In this document: positions 12,254-24,500 of the stretch, piece after piece
How the letters are laid out: each line of letters starts with the position of its first letter
Position numbering within the stretch: position 1 is the stretch's first letter
DNA from: Klebsormidium nitens
Lineage: Eukaryota > Plantae > Klebsormidiophyceae
DNA length: 64,000 nucleotides
NCBI GenBank assembly: GCA_000708835.1
Contig: DF237387.1
Coordinates: 1 to 64,000 of the forward strand
Direction: 5' to 3'
Made by a program: the position numbers and the translations under genes
Notes under the pieces: generated by a model
Seen by the model: only the letters and a program-made list of their open reading frames with translations
What the model was told of the DNA's origin: nothing
Databases searched by the model: none

Positions 12254-15200
12254 TCACACCAAGGACTCCTCCTCAGCATCCGGACTCGCTTCAGGCTTCT
12301 GGACTGACCCTGCCATATCGTCGAGCAGCACGTCTTCCTCTTCCGGTGGTACTGCGAGGACTTCAAGCGACAACGCCAAGCTAACCTGCGAAGAAGGAGC
12401 AACTTGGATTCGGATCCGTTTCTCTCAGTCTCGTCCAGGCCAGTGTATCGTTCCGGCGAAGGTGAGAGGCGCAGGAACCAGTTTTGCAACCAACACAACC
12501 ACTGAGCAGTCTGCCATTTTACAGTGCCCTCAATTCGGACCAGAATGAGCTCCGCTTGAGCATATCTAATAAAGCAGGATTTCAACCGATGGCCCGCCTG
12601 GCTGAAGTGTTTCCACGACGAGACTTTACCTCTGGGAACTTTTTGCTGGAGATGACGCAGTCCGCTAAACTGGTCCCGGTAATCAGCCAGTTCTCGAGGG
12701 TGTCCAGGCTGAAGTTGACGAACATCAACTCCAGTTTCCGGGTGGCCTGGACGCAGAAAAGAGGAATGCGGTTGGAATCTGCGGAGCCTGGCCTGATTGG
12801 CGTCGAAGACCTTCAGGCAAAAACCGTACTAGCAGTTGACCAACCTGTTAGTATTGCGGGTGAGCATGGAGGCAAGGAAACTACGCGTCGGCAGCGTCTC
12901 AAGGCGAATCATTGTTACTGAAGCTGTTCCTAGGGTTTTTTCAAAGGTGTTGCCCCATGATCTGTATCGAACTTGTGAAGAGAATCTGGCGAATAAAATT
13001 AAGGTACTGGTTGAGCGAAAGGAAGGCAAGAAAGCGTTTGCTTGCAAGAGCCTGCGGCGCACCTGCGGATGTCCCTTGGACGTCCTTTCTCTCACTTGCA
13101 GCAGCTTCCCGTCCGCCACCAGCGACCTGAACCCGAGGCGGTCCTGCAGGGGATGTGCAAACCCACGTTTACACACAAGTTGAAAAGGCGACGACCTTCT
13201 CCGGCGCTCAAGTAGCAGCCGCGGTCCCGTTCCTCTCAGTCTGTCAACCACCAGAATCAGGGCGACTGCCGCCGGTGGCCTCCCGAAAGAACAGACCGCG
13301 TGGCCTGCCGTCTCGGTTTAGGGTCATACTTTGGTAACTACAATTTCCATAAATGATCGAAGCTCCGGCACTCTTTCGCAAGCCACACACTGCGCTTCAG
13401 CCCCCCTTCCATATATCCAAGGTTGCGGACGGCTAATGTACATGCGAGAGACAAGAGATGCCCCATCTCAAAGCCCTCACCTTCCCTCGCATCACCACCA
13501 GAAACTGCGCCGCAGGATCGGAGGCGTCCACTCCGGGCGCGCCCAACTCCAGCGCCCACCCGCGCCGCTCCGTCGCAACCCAGTACTGCCCCTTGTCCTT
13601 CGCCTTGAACGCGACCATCAGCCCATCTTCCAACGACCCGTTCAGCGACCCCCCCATTTCGAAACCGGGGGCTTCGCCGCCCAAGCTCGGCCTGCGTCCG
13701 GAGGGATCCCCCGGGCCCTCCCCGAGGATACCCTTGCCGTCGTATCCTACTGGGGGGGCTGGGGCGGTTACGTTGGAAGCCCCGTCCCGGCTGCTGCTGC
13801 GCAGCCCCACAAAGGTGCGGTCAGCGGGATAGCTGCTCGTGGGGGGGTGCTCGGGCCCCAGGTTCAACCCCCCCACCGCAGCCGCCAGGTCTTCTGCTGG
13901 TGCTGCCACGTTTCCCCCCCCGCTCTTTCGCTTGCCGAGCCCCGTTCGGCCCCTCCCGCGGAAGGGGGCCGTTTCCGGCGGCGGCCGGACCCCCCTGGAA
14001 GGCGAACCACTGGTCGGAAGAGCTCGTGCGCCTGACAACAGAAGGCGGCTGGAAGGGTGGGCCGGTCACGAAAGGGGGGGGTTCCACGCCGGGGGGGAGG
14101 ATGTCGGCGACGCCGATGTCTGTACCACTGTGAACGGTGGGCAGATTGGACCCGCTGGATTGGGAGCCCTTCTTGCCGCCGCGACTTTTTCTGCGCAGAA
14201 TTGCAGGGAATAGGTCACGGAAGAATGGCGGGTAGCCGGCTTTGCTTCGTGGCAACACTGGGAACACTGCTTTCTGGGCAATCGGGATGCTCCAATTCTC
14301 GAGCAGTTTGCGCGCACATAGAAAAACTTACGGTCTTATTACAAAGGCGTCTGATGTTGTGTTTGACGTCCAAGCTTCTCAGTCAAGCCCTCATACCAGC
14401 CATTGGTTTCAACGGTTTCCAAGTAACCATGATTGACCGAAGTGGCGGACGTTCTAGACGGCCCGTAGCCACAATAGTCACGCCCTCCCTCACCTGCGGT
14501 TCCTCCTGCGGCCCGATCCCCCCGCCTGCCCCCCTGTCGCGGTCACATCACTCCCGCCGCTGCTGCGCCGATCCTCGGCAGAACCAAGAGAGTCGCCGCT
14601 GGAGAACGTCACCAGGAGCGATTTGGAGGCAGACCCCCCCGAAACGGCGCTCGGCGCGAGGCCCAGTTGAATGGGCTGCTGGCCGTGCTCGGGCTGGGGG
14701 AGTGCGCTCGCTTGTTGCTCCGTGGCGACGATGTTCTCGACGGAGAGGGAGGGGTCGAAGCTGCTGGGGGGGCGTGCCACGGAAGCTGCGGAAGAGGTGG
14801 AGAGGACGCAGTGAGAAGCGGACAGAGTCTGAAGCGCGATAGCTGGGGTTACGATGAGAAGGTTTGGGACGAGTGCAGTGTTGTGGAGCAGAATGTAGGT
14901 CTGCAAGACTGCGCTGGATGATTGTTGGGTCAGGTCTTGATTGGCAAATCTGACTATATGAAGGCAGGGGGAAAGGGTTCAGCAGAAAGTGTCCCTTTAA
15001 CGAGCACAAATTCGCAGTCTGCTGCCCTTGTTCGCAAGAGCACAAAGATTGTGCAACTAGAGCCTTGTCTCTACTTTACGCCCCTGACGGGCTAACTGGC
15101 TGGTAAAAGAGAAAGAGCTTCTGTCAAAAGCAATCCGCTGGACAGGAGATGCTCTTCTATACAAAGCAGGAGGCTCCCGACCTCGAGTCATACTCGATCC

Positions 15201-18200
15201 TCAAACATCAACGTCGAGGTTCAGAACTCGGAGGCACCTACCTGGGCTTTCTAACGGCAGCTCCCCTCCTTCCGGTCTTGGCGATACTGCCTGCCACTCG
15301 AAATGGCTGCCTACTGCGCCCGGTTTGCCGGGGGCCACGTCCCCATTGCCGGCCAGGGGGCCAGTCTGCGCCTGGCCGCGGCCCCCCCTGTGGCGCCGGG
15401 AGCTCCGCCGCCGCCGTCCCCCGGGCGCCTGGGCTGAATCCTCTCCTGCCGGGCTCTCCATGCCTGGTCAAATCAAAGGGAGTACAAGGTTAAGAGCGGA
15501 AACGACTCGGCGACCAGGTTTTCCACCTCGGCAAAAGCAAGGAACGCAAGGTTCAGAGCGGAACCGACTTGGCGATCAGCTTTTTCAAGCCTGGCAAAAC
15601 CAAGAAGCAAGCACACGTTTAAGAGCGGAACTAATTCAGCAACAGGTCTTCACGCCTGACGACATAAGAAGCGCGAAGTTGAGAGCGGAACCGACTTGGC
15701 GAGCGGAATATCCAGGAGATACGTTGAAGTGTTATATAAGCATACGGAGCTCTACCCTCGGGGCGTGCATGCTTACAGGTCGTTGTCACATTATAACAGG
15801 CCCCAAATGATGTGAGACGAGTCGGACTACGAAGCGATGAGAGAAAGGCCAGGATAAGGACCTCTCAAGTCAGCCTCAATCACTTTTGCCTTACGCACAT
15901 AAGCGGGTTGCGTTGCGACGAGCATACGGGCTAAAGCGCACAACCTCTGGTGAAACCGGTTTGGCGGCACGCTTTGTTCAAACAGAGGGGCCACAGCAAC
16001 AAGCGATGAGCCTACGAGATAATGAGCAACAGCTTCGGCTCCGAGGGGCATTAAAGACTGCGCTTTCGAACAGAGCCGGACCTCCTAAAGCGCCCACTTA
16101 CTCCCCTCGACAGGTCGACCTGCAACGTTTCGTTAGACGCCTCCTACCAACCACCCACACGCCGCTCAAGCCTCGCAATAGGAAAAGGGACACAAGCAAC
16201 CAGACACCAGAAGGACGAACGAGACAAAAATTGCCACCTGCGACTCCAACGTCCCGACCGGCGCTGTCGACATCGCCCGACTGCTCCTCCACGTCATCAT
16301 CGGACGCCAGCCGTTCGGACGGCACGATGCCGTGCGCGACGTACTTGCGGACGGCGCCGCTGGCCTTGACGCGCACTTCGGCCCACACCTCGTCGCTGTA
16401 CTCGCAGCTGCGCGGGGTAATGAGCACGTTTGGCATCTCGCGCACCTGCAAAGAATGAAAGTCGGAAATTTTGTCGTGAAAGGTCAGGACTGAGCTGAGC
16501 GAAGTGGTAGCCCCTTTGTGGTTCGGCCGACCGCCAGGGAGTGACGAGCACTTTGTGGAACCACCATTTATCAATCTCTGCGGGAGGATCTGTCGTAAGG
16601 GGAATGTTCAAACAAGAGCAGTTTATTTCGCAGAAGGCCTCCGCAGTTCAACCGTCCACTAGATTTGAATTACAGTCCTGGCTACGACGAGAATAGAAAA
16701 GACATGGTCACAAGAATCTGAGAGCGTTCCAAAAGTTCGAGGCTTCAGCCTGTACGTCCGTTCACACCCGAATCCAAGACTGCAATTTGCTCTTTCTTGG
16801 CACTGGATCTGACCCTAGGGCTGCCTGGACACTTGTCAGGCAACGGAAGAATGCTTGCAGGCTAGCAGCCAACTTTGCCGGCCAGCAAAATGCGCCTGTG
16901 ATGGTTTTACAGCGGTCACGGAGTAGCTTGAAGAGTGATTGCCGTTGGACAAACGTATGAGAACAGCGACGAAGGAATCAATACTCACCCAGGCCTCTAG
17001 CCACTCTGGCCCTTCAACGCCGTCGAGCGCCGCCCCACCCACTGCCCCGCTGATCAGCGCTCGCTTCAGGGCGCTGTCGTCGACCAGATGACTGCTGGAT
17101 GTGTTAATCACGAGTGCACCTGCGCATACGAAAAGCAAAGATCAGCTTGCGGTCTTCGGTCGGAATATCCTTGCAGATATACTGGGCCACTCTGTGCACA
17201 AGTGACTCAGTTCGGAAGAAAACAACATGAATGGGAAAAAGCGGCTTTCAGGTCTTGATGTCCTTTTTCTACTCGCTTGAGGTAAGAGAAAAGATAGGAG
17301 TACTCTGGCCCTGGAGCTTATAGAACAGTCGGCATTACAAGGAAGCAGAAGAGCTCGGAGAGTAAGGCTCGTACCTTTCTTTATACTCCGAAAGGCCTGG
17401 TCGTCGAGCATCTTGACAGTCTCCTGAGTGAGGGGGCAGTGCAGCGACACGACGTCACTCTGCGCCAGCAGCTCCTCTAGGCGCGCAACTTCCGTCCCCT
17501 CCCGCTGCAACTTGGCCAAACCTGCCTGGGCTCGACCAAAGTCGTCATCCTGGCGAGCAAGAGAGGTACATTCAGGATCTGAGACCAATCTAAATAGCAA
17601 AGGTTCCTTGCTGCTTGGAAGCATTTGTCGCAAAAGCCCTGCTTCTGGGCGGATAAGCTGCAACTATGATCAGAACCTCTGTCTTCGAAGTCAGGGACCA
17701 GCTAAAGTAACAAACTTAGTTCGCACCGTTATGACGACATAAGACAGCCAGAAAAAACCTACCTATGCTCCTTGACCAGCAGTGGCAGATCCGTCTCATG
17801 TCAACCTTTTAATAGAGTCCTTAAGAGAAGCCCGGCACTTTAAACCACAAGTATGTATATGCAGCCAAAGAGGAGGCAGGTTCCCCTTCTTGAAAGGCGG
17901 CTCAAATCAGAGCCCTACAAAATCATTCGACTGCAGCTGTGACTTGCCTGCTGTAGGTCCAGAAAGATGACCTTCATCTTGAACCCCCGGGCCCTCTGCG
18001 CCAAAGCCACGGCACTCTTGTCCGTCCCGACGAGGCCAATGACCTTCCCCTTGAGTCGCTTCATCCCCCGCAGGGAGGTGTATCCCGGTGCCCAGCTTAT
18101 GCGCCCGCAGCGCTGCGTTGCTAGGTCGTGCGTGCGGCGTAGGAGAACGAGCATCAGTGCCATCGCTGAGTCGGCTACCTCGTCGGCGCGCGGCCGGTCT

Positions 18201-19197
18201 ATGTGGAAGAGACGCAGGCCGAGCTCGGTCGCCAGGCTGGAATCAACCTGCAGAAAGCAAAAAGAGTTTGTAGATACTAAAATAAAAGCAGATAGTTTTG
18301 GCCCATAGCGGCGTCATGGGTTTCAAAACGCAGCGTACATAAAGTGGCACGCTTGCCGATATTTGGTTTCGTAAGTGCGGCACCACGTGACCACTTTCTC
18401 AGCCACAATAAAGCAAGAACGTACTATGCAGGGGCCACCATGGAACCAAGTGTATAGACGAACTCTTCAAGGCTTGGGTAGTGTCAAATGCTGAGTTCGC
18501 TGGCAAGGCTTTGTACATCCAGGCAACAGAGATTAAGAATGCCCTTGTGAAGAGGAAAACAAAGGTGGCAGGAGAGTGGCCCGCTTTACAAAACGACAAT
18601 ATGTTAATCCAGCATCAGGCATCTCAAATCACAGCATTGTGATTACTGCAAGAACTGCAATCGACAGGCTGTCTTTGCCTTTCAAGCAATGATTGCCCTA
18701 ACCCACCGCTCATAGACTGTCCGTGCCATTGACTTTTCATCAAGCGGCCGTATTTTGCCACACAATCATAGAGACTGCACGATATTCCAACCACTATTTG
18801 TTTTTGGAGCATTCCGACTCAAGAAATCCAGCCCCGGATGTTGCTGGGATTACGTTTTGAACCGAGTGATTGAAGCTGTAGCACGATGTCTCACCTGCTT
18901 GTCAGAGGACCCCAGGCACAGGATAAGCTGCACGGGGCTGAGCCTGCGCTGCGCGTTGCGAGGCAGAAACGCAAGAGAATGCACGACGACCACCGCGGCC
19001 GCCTCGATCTGCCCCTTGCCAATGTCCGTGAGCGCAACATGCTCGACCTGTGCCACACCCTGGAGCTCGCGCTGCTCCGCTGAGCAGTCTTCAACACAGT
19101 TGAGGTACACAACCAGGGGAAGGCGGGGCGCAGAGATTGCGGACTCGGGGGCAGAGTTTCGAGAGCGGCTGCTCCGCGGTTTTGAGGAGGAAGACAT
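12254..19197 (-). CDS. AN: ANGUSTIFOLIA (plant CtBP/BARS-like protein; D-2-hydroxyacid dehydrogenase fold plus plant-specific C-terminal region), about 12 coding exons
   Basis: Exons translate to VVYLNCVEDCSAEQRELQGVAQVEHV...HSLAFLPRNAQRRL...ILCLGSSD; DEVADSAMALMLVLLRRTH; LLAQSDVVSLHCPLT; ALDGVEGPEWLEAWVREMPNVLITPRSCEYSDEVW; DPAAQFLVVMRGKDRLGFRSLVADGKLLQATRKLELMFVNFSLDTLENW. These match plant AN motifs along the whole length. Confidence 0.95.
15488..15702. repeat. Degenerate ~60-67-bp minisatellite x4 in an AN intron (core GTTnAGAGCGGAACCGACTTGGCGA)
   Basis: Cores at ~15488, 15550, 15617 and 15677; the intervening sequences also resemble each other. Confidence 0.75.
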
Positions 19198-19260
19198 TGC
19201 GAATGGCGGGAGGTGCTGCAATCGTCAAGATTGCTTTCTAAAACAGTGCCAGAGGGCCTC

Positions 19261-19380
19261 TCATTGAGCTTTTGCGGCGATTCTCCACTCTGGTCCTATG
19301 ATCTTGATCGGTGCATTGGCTGAGGCAGTGTTGAATCGGCGCAGTGATTTGGGGTCAAAGATGATCTCAGGGTGGGTCAT
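19261..19380 (-). CDS. Candidate upstream ORF (39 aa, MTHPEIIFDPKSLRRFNTASANAPIKIIGPEWRIAAKAQ) in the AN 5' leader
   Basis: It follows a pyrimidine-rich acceptor (ttttgcag, 19402-19401), has a gccaccATG context, and stops 63 nt before the AN ATG at 19197. Confidence 0.5.
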   Translation of the reverse strand: MTHPEIIFDPKSLRRFNTASANAPIKIIGPEWRIAAKAQ

Positions 19381-20403
19381 GGTGGCGAGAAGGCCGCAAC
19401 CTGCAAAAGCAACCAGAAAATCTTTGTGAATCTGGCAGCTGAAAAGGAGCGGCTTTGCCTTGACATTCTTGGATAGCACTTTCTGCTAAAACTTCTTTAT
19501 AGGAAGGTGATGACAGGCAATGAGGAGCATCCGCCTGATCAAGCTCCAAGAAACCAGCACCGACTTCCTGCAGGGATCTCCATGACTGGAAAAAGCTCTG
19601 TGAGTCTCTCAATCCAAGCAGAGAGAGGATCACCTGAGCAAGGAATCAGGCCCCTTCTGCAGCATCCATTGCAATGTTTGTACACTTTGACCTTGTGAAG
19701 ACAGCGCCGATTAACAGCAGTTGTCCTATTGTAAAAGTGGACCAGATCAAGCAATGCATTGCAGTGAGGGGCTTGAAAAATACCCAACAACTTGAACTTA
19801 GCGTCCTCAAACGCCACTGTACAAGGCAGACAGGCCTCACCTTTCCTCATGCAGTGCTGTTCCCCTCCATGATGTGCAAGTTCTTTTGAGCTGAATGAAC
19901 AAAGCATGGGCCTCAGTACTGCGCAAGAACATATAACATAGCGAAAAGAGGCGGGCCAGGGGGTGCCAGGGGAGCTGCCTGCCGCCACAAGTTCACAACC
20001 ATCAACAGCTCCCTCAATTGCGTTCTTGATTCAACTTTGAAATTTCAACAGAGACAAACAATTCAATTTCAAGGAGTCAGAGCGCTGTGTATCCTACTGC
20101 TCGTTTCACACCACCTTTCCACTCTGAAGCCAGAGCTGGCGGGGTTGCAGTGTGAATACCTTTATTCGGGCCCACGCTAAGCCGGCTCATGTTTGACCGA
20201 AGTCACCGAACCCCTCAAAGAAGAGCGTATTCCCACCTTTTGCGCCCGGAGGGCCGAAGCTGGTGCGATCTGCCTGGCAAAGTCAAGACCCGTAGGAGAG
20301 AAGCCAGCATGGGGCAAGAGGCACAAAGTTTGCGAATGGAATCGGATGCGGACACCTTGTTCGGACACTCAAAAGTGCTCGGGTAGAAGTGTGACCATAC
20401 CAG

Positions 20404-20544
20404 AACCCTAAGGTCAGTGACTTAGCCGTTAGTAGGAACCCTAATCGTATAGCAGTCACAGGGTAGGGTCTTAACCCTAACAAACCGTCTCCGGGAAGGT
20501 GCCTAACCCTAACATACCGTCAGTGTTCTGTGACTTAACCCTAA
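20404..20544. promoter_or_regulatory. Array of five telo-box-like AACCCTAA motifs at 32-36-bp spacing in the divergent AN/mS33 intergenic region; site II-like TGGGCY motifs nearby
   Basis: AACCCTAA at 20404, 20437, 20473, 20505 and 20537; TGGGCT at 20571 and GGCCCA at 20169. Confidence 0.7.
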
Positions 20545-21029
20545 GGTCCGTCCGGAGGCCCGGTTGCTTCTGGGCTAGGCCGTACCGCATAAGAAGCGAC
20601 GGTGCATACTGTGCGCTGCCATTTCTGGTACGGTACCGTCCAAAGCCGACTCTCCCAATGTACGTTTTGCGCCAGGGGCAGAAGCCTGGCCCTTGAATAT
20701 TAAATACCTCTAGGCAGCGCAAGCTTGCACTTGAAGTTGCAGAGCTCTGCAAAGTCTGAAGAAGTGCGCAGCGGCTAGTTAGTCTGACAGCGTTCACAGC
20801 AGAGCATCAGAGCGCAGAAGGCATCCGTGGGGCAACTGCTGGATGCTGAGGCGCAAATTTTGCTCTGCAAAGGTCATCCTGCGGCTTCTTGAAGCCAGTC
20901 ATTCAGGCGCTCGAAGTTGTGCTGGTCTTAAACAGCCTGTCGTGGCTCTGGACATCATCCAACTAAGCATGTGACCATTTTTCCACCACCTGTTGTATCG
21001 AAGTCGGACGGCGGTGCTGCAGTGAAACG

Positions 21030-21597
21030 ATGAGCAGCCAGAAGCTTGCTGAGATCTCGGCCCGCATTTTTGGGAACGTCGTTGGCAACGGGTTGAGGTC
21101 AGGTCGGAAAGTCCTCAGTCAACCACTGGTTGGGGAGAAAGTGGTTGCGTGGTACCCGCCAACTCTGGAGGAGAATGACGCGCTATTTGAGGATCCAGAA
21201 GAGAAAAGGTGAGCGGGAAGCAGAAGCACCAACAGGGTGTGCTGAACCTGTTATGGCAGAGGTTGCTTGGAGCGCACGGAGATTCTGTCCTCTGGCATTG
21301 GCTCGGCGCACTGCTTTCACCAACACAGCTGTACAATGCACTTGCTGGCAGAGAGTCTAGAAAGTTCAAGTCCATAGTCAGTATCGCATCTACACTGTCG
21401 GCTAACCTGGTGGTGCTTTTTGTCTCAGACCCTTGGAATTCACTGTAGTCATGATGGTAAACGCAGAAGCAATGCCAGCTTTCCAAATTGCCTGTGTATC
21501 TCCTTGTAGGCGTTTGATGATGAACGACCTCCGGAAGCGGCGGGGCAAGGGACCACCAAAGAAAGGGGAGGGTAAACGTGCTGCTAAACGGAAGTAG
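21030..21597 (+). CDS. mS33: Mitochondrial ribosomal protein mS33 (Rsm27/MRP-S33 family), 2 exons (21030-21208, 21510-21597), 88 aa
   Basis: MSSQKLAEISARIFGNVVGNGLRSGRKVLSQPLVGEKVVAWYP...RRLMMNDLRKRRGKGPPKKGEGKRAAKRK, with the family hallmarks RIFG, WYP and RxKGPPKKG. Confidence 0.92.
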
Positions 21598-24500
21598 AAT
21601 CTTACTGGCGCCCATCGCTAGGGCATAGCTTGGGGCGTAGGTTGTGCATGATTCTGCTCAATCGAGTGTCGCTTTCTAGTTCTACCAATGAGTTGGCGGA
21701 CAATTATTACCTGGAAGAGATCAGAGCCTGAACAACGGCTCGATGGTGGGTTGTATTGAATTCCCTGGTTTACTATATGAGAAGGACTGAGAGGTGAGAT
21801 AAGGGAATTTTGATGGTCAATAGAACACAACTCCTTGAGCTTAAGAGTACAGCGGTTGTGCGATGTCTTAGGAGCCTAGGGGCTTGATTCGTGCCTGCTT
21901 CTCCCAAGCAAGTTCATCTACGGTAAGTGTCCTTGAGGCACCAAGGCATCGTGATGGTGAATGTTGAGCCCTTCACTGCTGAAACTCCTAGCTGCGATCT
22001 ACAATATTTGCTTCTTTACCTCGGAAAGTTTGTTGAGAACGCATGTAAGGTAGTGCTGAATGCTTTTCAACCACTTGCATGTGGAGCCGCTGATCCGATC
22101 CAATACTGCAATCTCGCCATGTCAAGAAGGCGCCATGGCACATTATAAGGATTTGCCGTTCAGGCTTGCAGACTAGCCTTTCGCTGTCTTACATATCTGT
22201 CGCGAAACTCAAGAGAATCGTCACCATGGATTTCTACAGGCAGGATATATACTACGAGCAATCGAGGAACTTTCAATCGAGATTGAACTTGAACTTCCAT
22301 GGAGCAATCAATCATTGCATCAATCATTGCATCAATCAATGCATTGCTTGCATGAACGACTCAGCCCAAGATTGCATCGGTGTGTGCTAGTTTACATCGT
22401 GGCGCGCATCCAGATGAAGGATTTCTTGGTCAATGGAAATCCATTGTGATACTCGGATGGGATCGAGTCAATCAAGTACGTACGATGAATCACAGAATCA
22501 GCTTATGATGGGGAACCAAGGGGCGCCCGTCAGGCTTGCCTTGCATGCTCAGTGGCAACATATCACAAGGGATAGTTCTGACTACCAATGCATGCGAGCA
22601 CGACCGTGTTATGAGATTATGGTGGACACAGCTTATTGTCGTTGGACCTTATTGGAAGCTAGAGTTTCTCAAAGTGAAATACTGAAGCACTGTCTACCAG
22701 CTTCCGGCCCAAGCGACTATCAAGCTGCACCATGTTCCGCTAAAGAACTGTTGTCAGTCAGGTTCTGCAATGATTGACCCGTTCCTACCAATCTTCACCA
22801 GTCTTCACGCAAGGAGAACTGAATCAAGTAGTGGGCCTAATGTTGCAAGAAGAGTGTCAAAGTCTTTGTCGCTCTCGTGGTCAGTATAGGAATTCTGGTT
22901 CAAGGAGGTTCAACATGAGCTTTTCAGGCATGCCAGTGAATATACAAGCGATGGACGGGGACTTGATCTGGGTTGGACGTCACTCATTCAACGCCCCGGG
23001 GATTCTTCCTCAACCCAACGATTTTGTGAAGTGGGTCCCAGTGTGGTAAGTGCACTTCTCACAAATAGATATCTCACGCCGCCTTGTTGCGTCAAGGTCA
23101 ACGCGGAATCTTGTCATCTTGCAACAGCGCTTTGCTTGGATCTTACCAGCCTTTCTGTGCAGACACGGACTGTCAAGTATTTATTATATAAGCTGCTCTT
23201 GATCTTTCTTTCGGCTCGTCTGCAATTTCTAGAGTGTGCCCGAAAAGCAACAATGTGCGAGCTAATGCTCCTAACAGCGTGCGCTTATGGTCCAGTTTCG
23301 ACAGGGAAGGCCTTCTTTCTAGTACGCTCAGAACTTCAGAGGAACTGCCCGAGTTGAGCCAGGTTCTTTGGAGTTGAGGACTGACAGGATCCGAGACAAA
23401 GCTCTTCGATGGGCTCGGCTCTTTCCGAGCCATCGTGTGATCGTGTCGCTTCATTGCTTGAAGCTCACGAGAAATCAAAGTGTTCAAACACTGACGGGGC
23501 TCCTAAGCAATTATCTCGTGTCCAAAAACGAGACACAGAATACGTCTCCGGACAGCCAAACATGATTGTCCACACAGTGCTAAAGTCAACGGGTGTATTT
23601 CCCAAACAGTTGTACCGCAACATACAGGGTCTGAATCGAGAACGAGCTTGCTGCTTGATCGATCTGTTTCCAAGGCAAGTTCACTCGCCTCCTCAGCCCA
23701 CTACGTTTTTCCACTGTACCATTCTGAACATGTCAATGATGATGTGTGTTTTGATTTTGGGCGTGCACAAAGTGTCTCTTGGTCCGCACGAAGCGCCCAG
23801 CAGCTCGCCTTACCTCCCTGCTTCTCTGTAGCTCTTCTTTCGCAAGTGACCAATCTGATCCACTTCCTGCTCAAAATGAGCAAGGTCCCAGTCCCCGGCC
23901 CTGCTAAAAACCATAGTGCGCTTTGCCAGTTGAGTGTGAAACCCCACCGCTGCGGGGCCTGCAGCAAGCTTCTCGCAACGGAAGGGCTCGAGCTGAGACG
24001 GAAGGTTTGGTCACCATTTTTGAAGGACGGCTATACTAGAGTACTGGGGTCGACTACAAAACTTTTTCTGGTGACGTCCGGTCTGCAACCCACGAAGTAT
24101 GGTTGGTCATAGTTTATTCGTCAGCGGAAAAGGTGTTCTTGTTAGAGAACTTCGTAATACCAGCGCCACAGCCGAGCCGGTTCATTGGGCGAAAGCACCA
24201 CGGCTCAGTACGCCAAAAACATTGAAGGGCAGGGAGTCAGATTCATTGGAGCAGCCACTGTCGAAGTTCGACGAACCAAAATCTACATGTCAATGTGTTT
24301 GTCGGATGCGGAAGCGGCCCGCGGAAGGATTTGTGCATTGATGATCACGACGAGGCGCAACTTGAATCCGGTGTAATAATGTCTTCTTGTTGCTTCTTGA
24401 ATTGAGTAATCATGTCAAATGTTTCTGATTGCTTTCGAACAGCCGCGACATGTTTTCCACGAGGGTGAGTAGCCGTGCTGCACGCTGGTGGCGATCGATC

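Larger units (their letters stand above)
6850..13150. repeat. Tandem segmental duplication, copy B (continues into the full AN gene)
   Basis: Paralogous to 980-6530; the spacer between the two convergent genes is longer than in copy A. Confidence 0.9.

Noticed and set aside
15488-15702. CRISPR array (cores begin GTTTAAGAGC/GTTCAGAGC, like type II repeats)
   Set aside because: The 'spacers' are homologous to each other, the cores vary, the repeat lies in a spliceosomal intron of a eukaryotic gene, and no cas genes are present.
20404-20544. CRISPR array or true telomere/interstitial telomeric tract
   Set aside because: The conserved unit is only 8-9 nt, the copies are not contiguous telomeric repeats, and genes flank both sides. 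A promoter-motif interpretation fits better.
21900-24400. Possible decayed coding sequence (protein-like stretches broken by stops) and a 12-bp atcaatcattgc microrepeat at ~22305-22345
   Set aside because: No recognisable family and no consistent exon chain could be built; it may be a TE or gene relic but cannot be supported.
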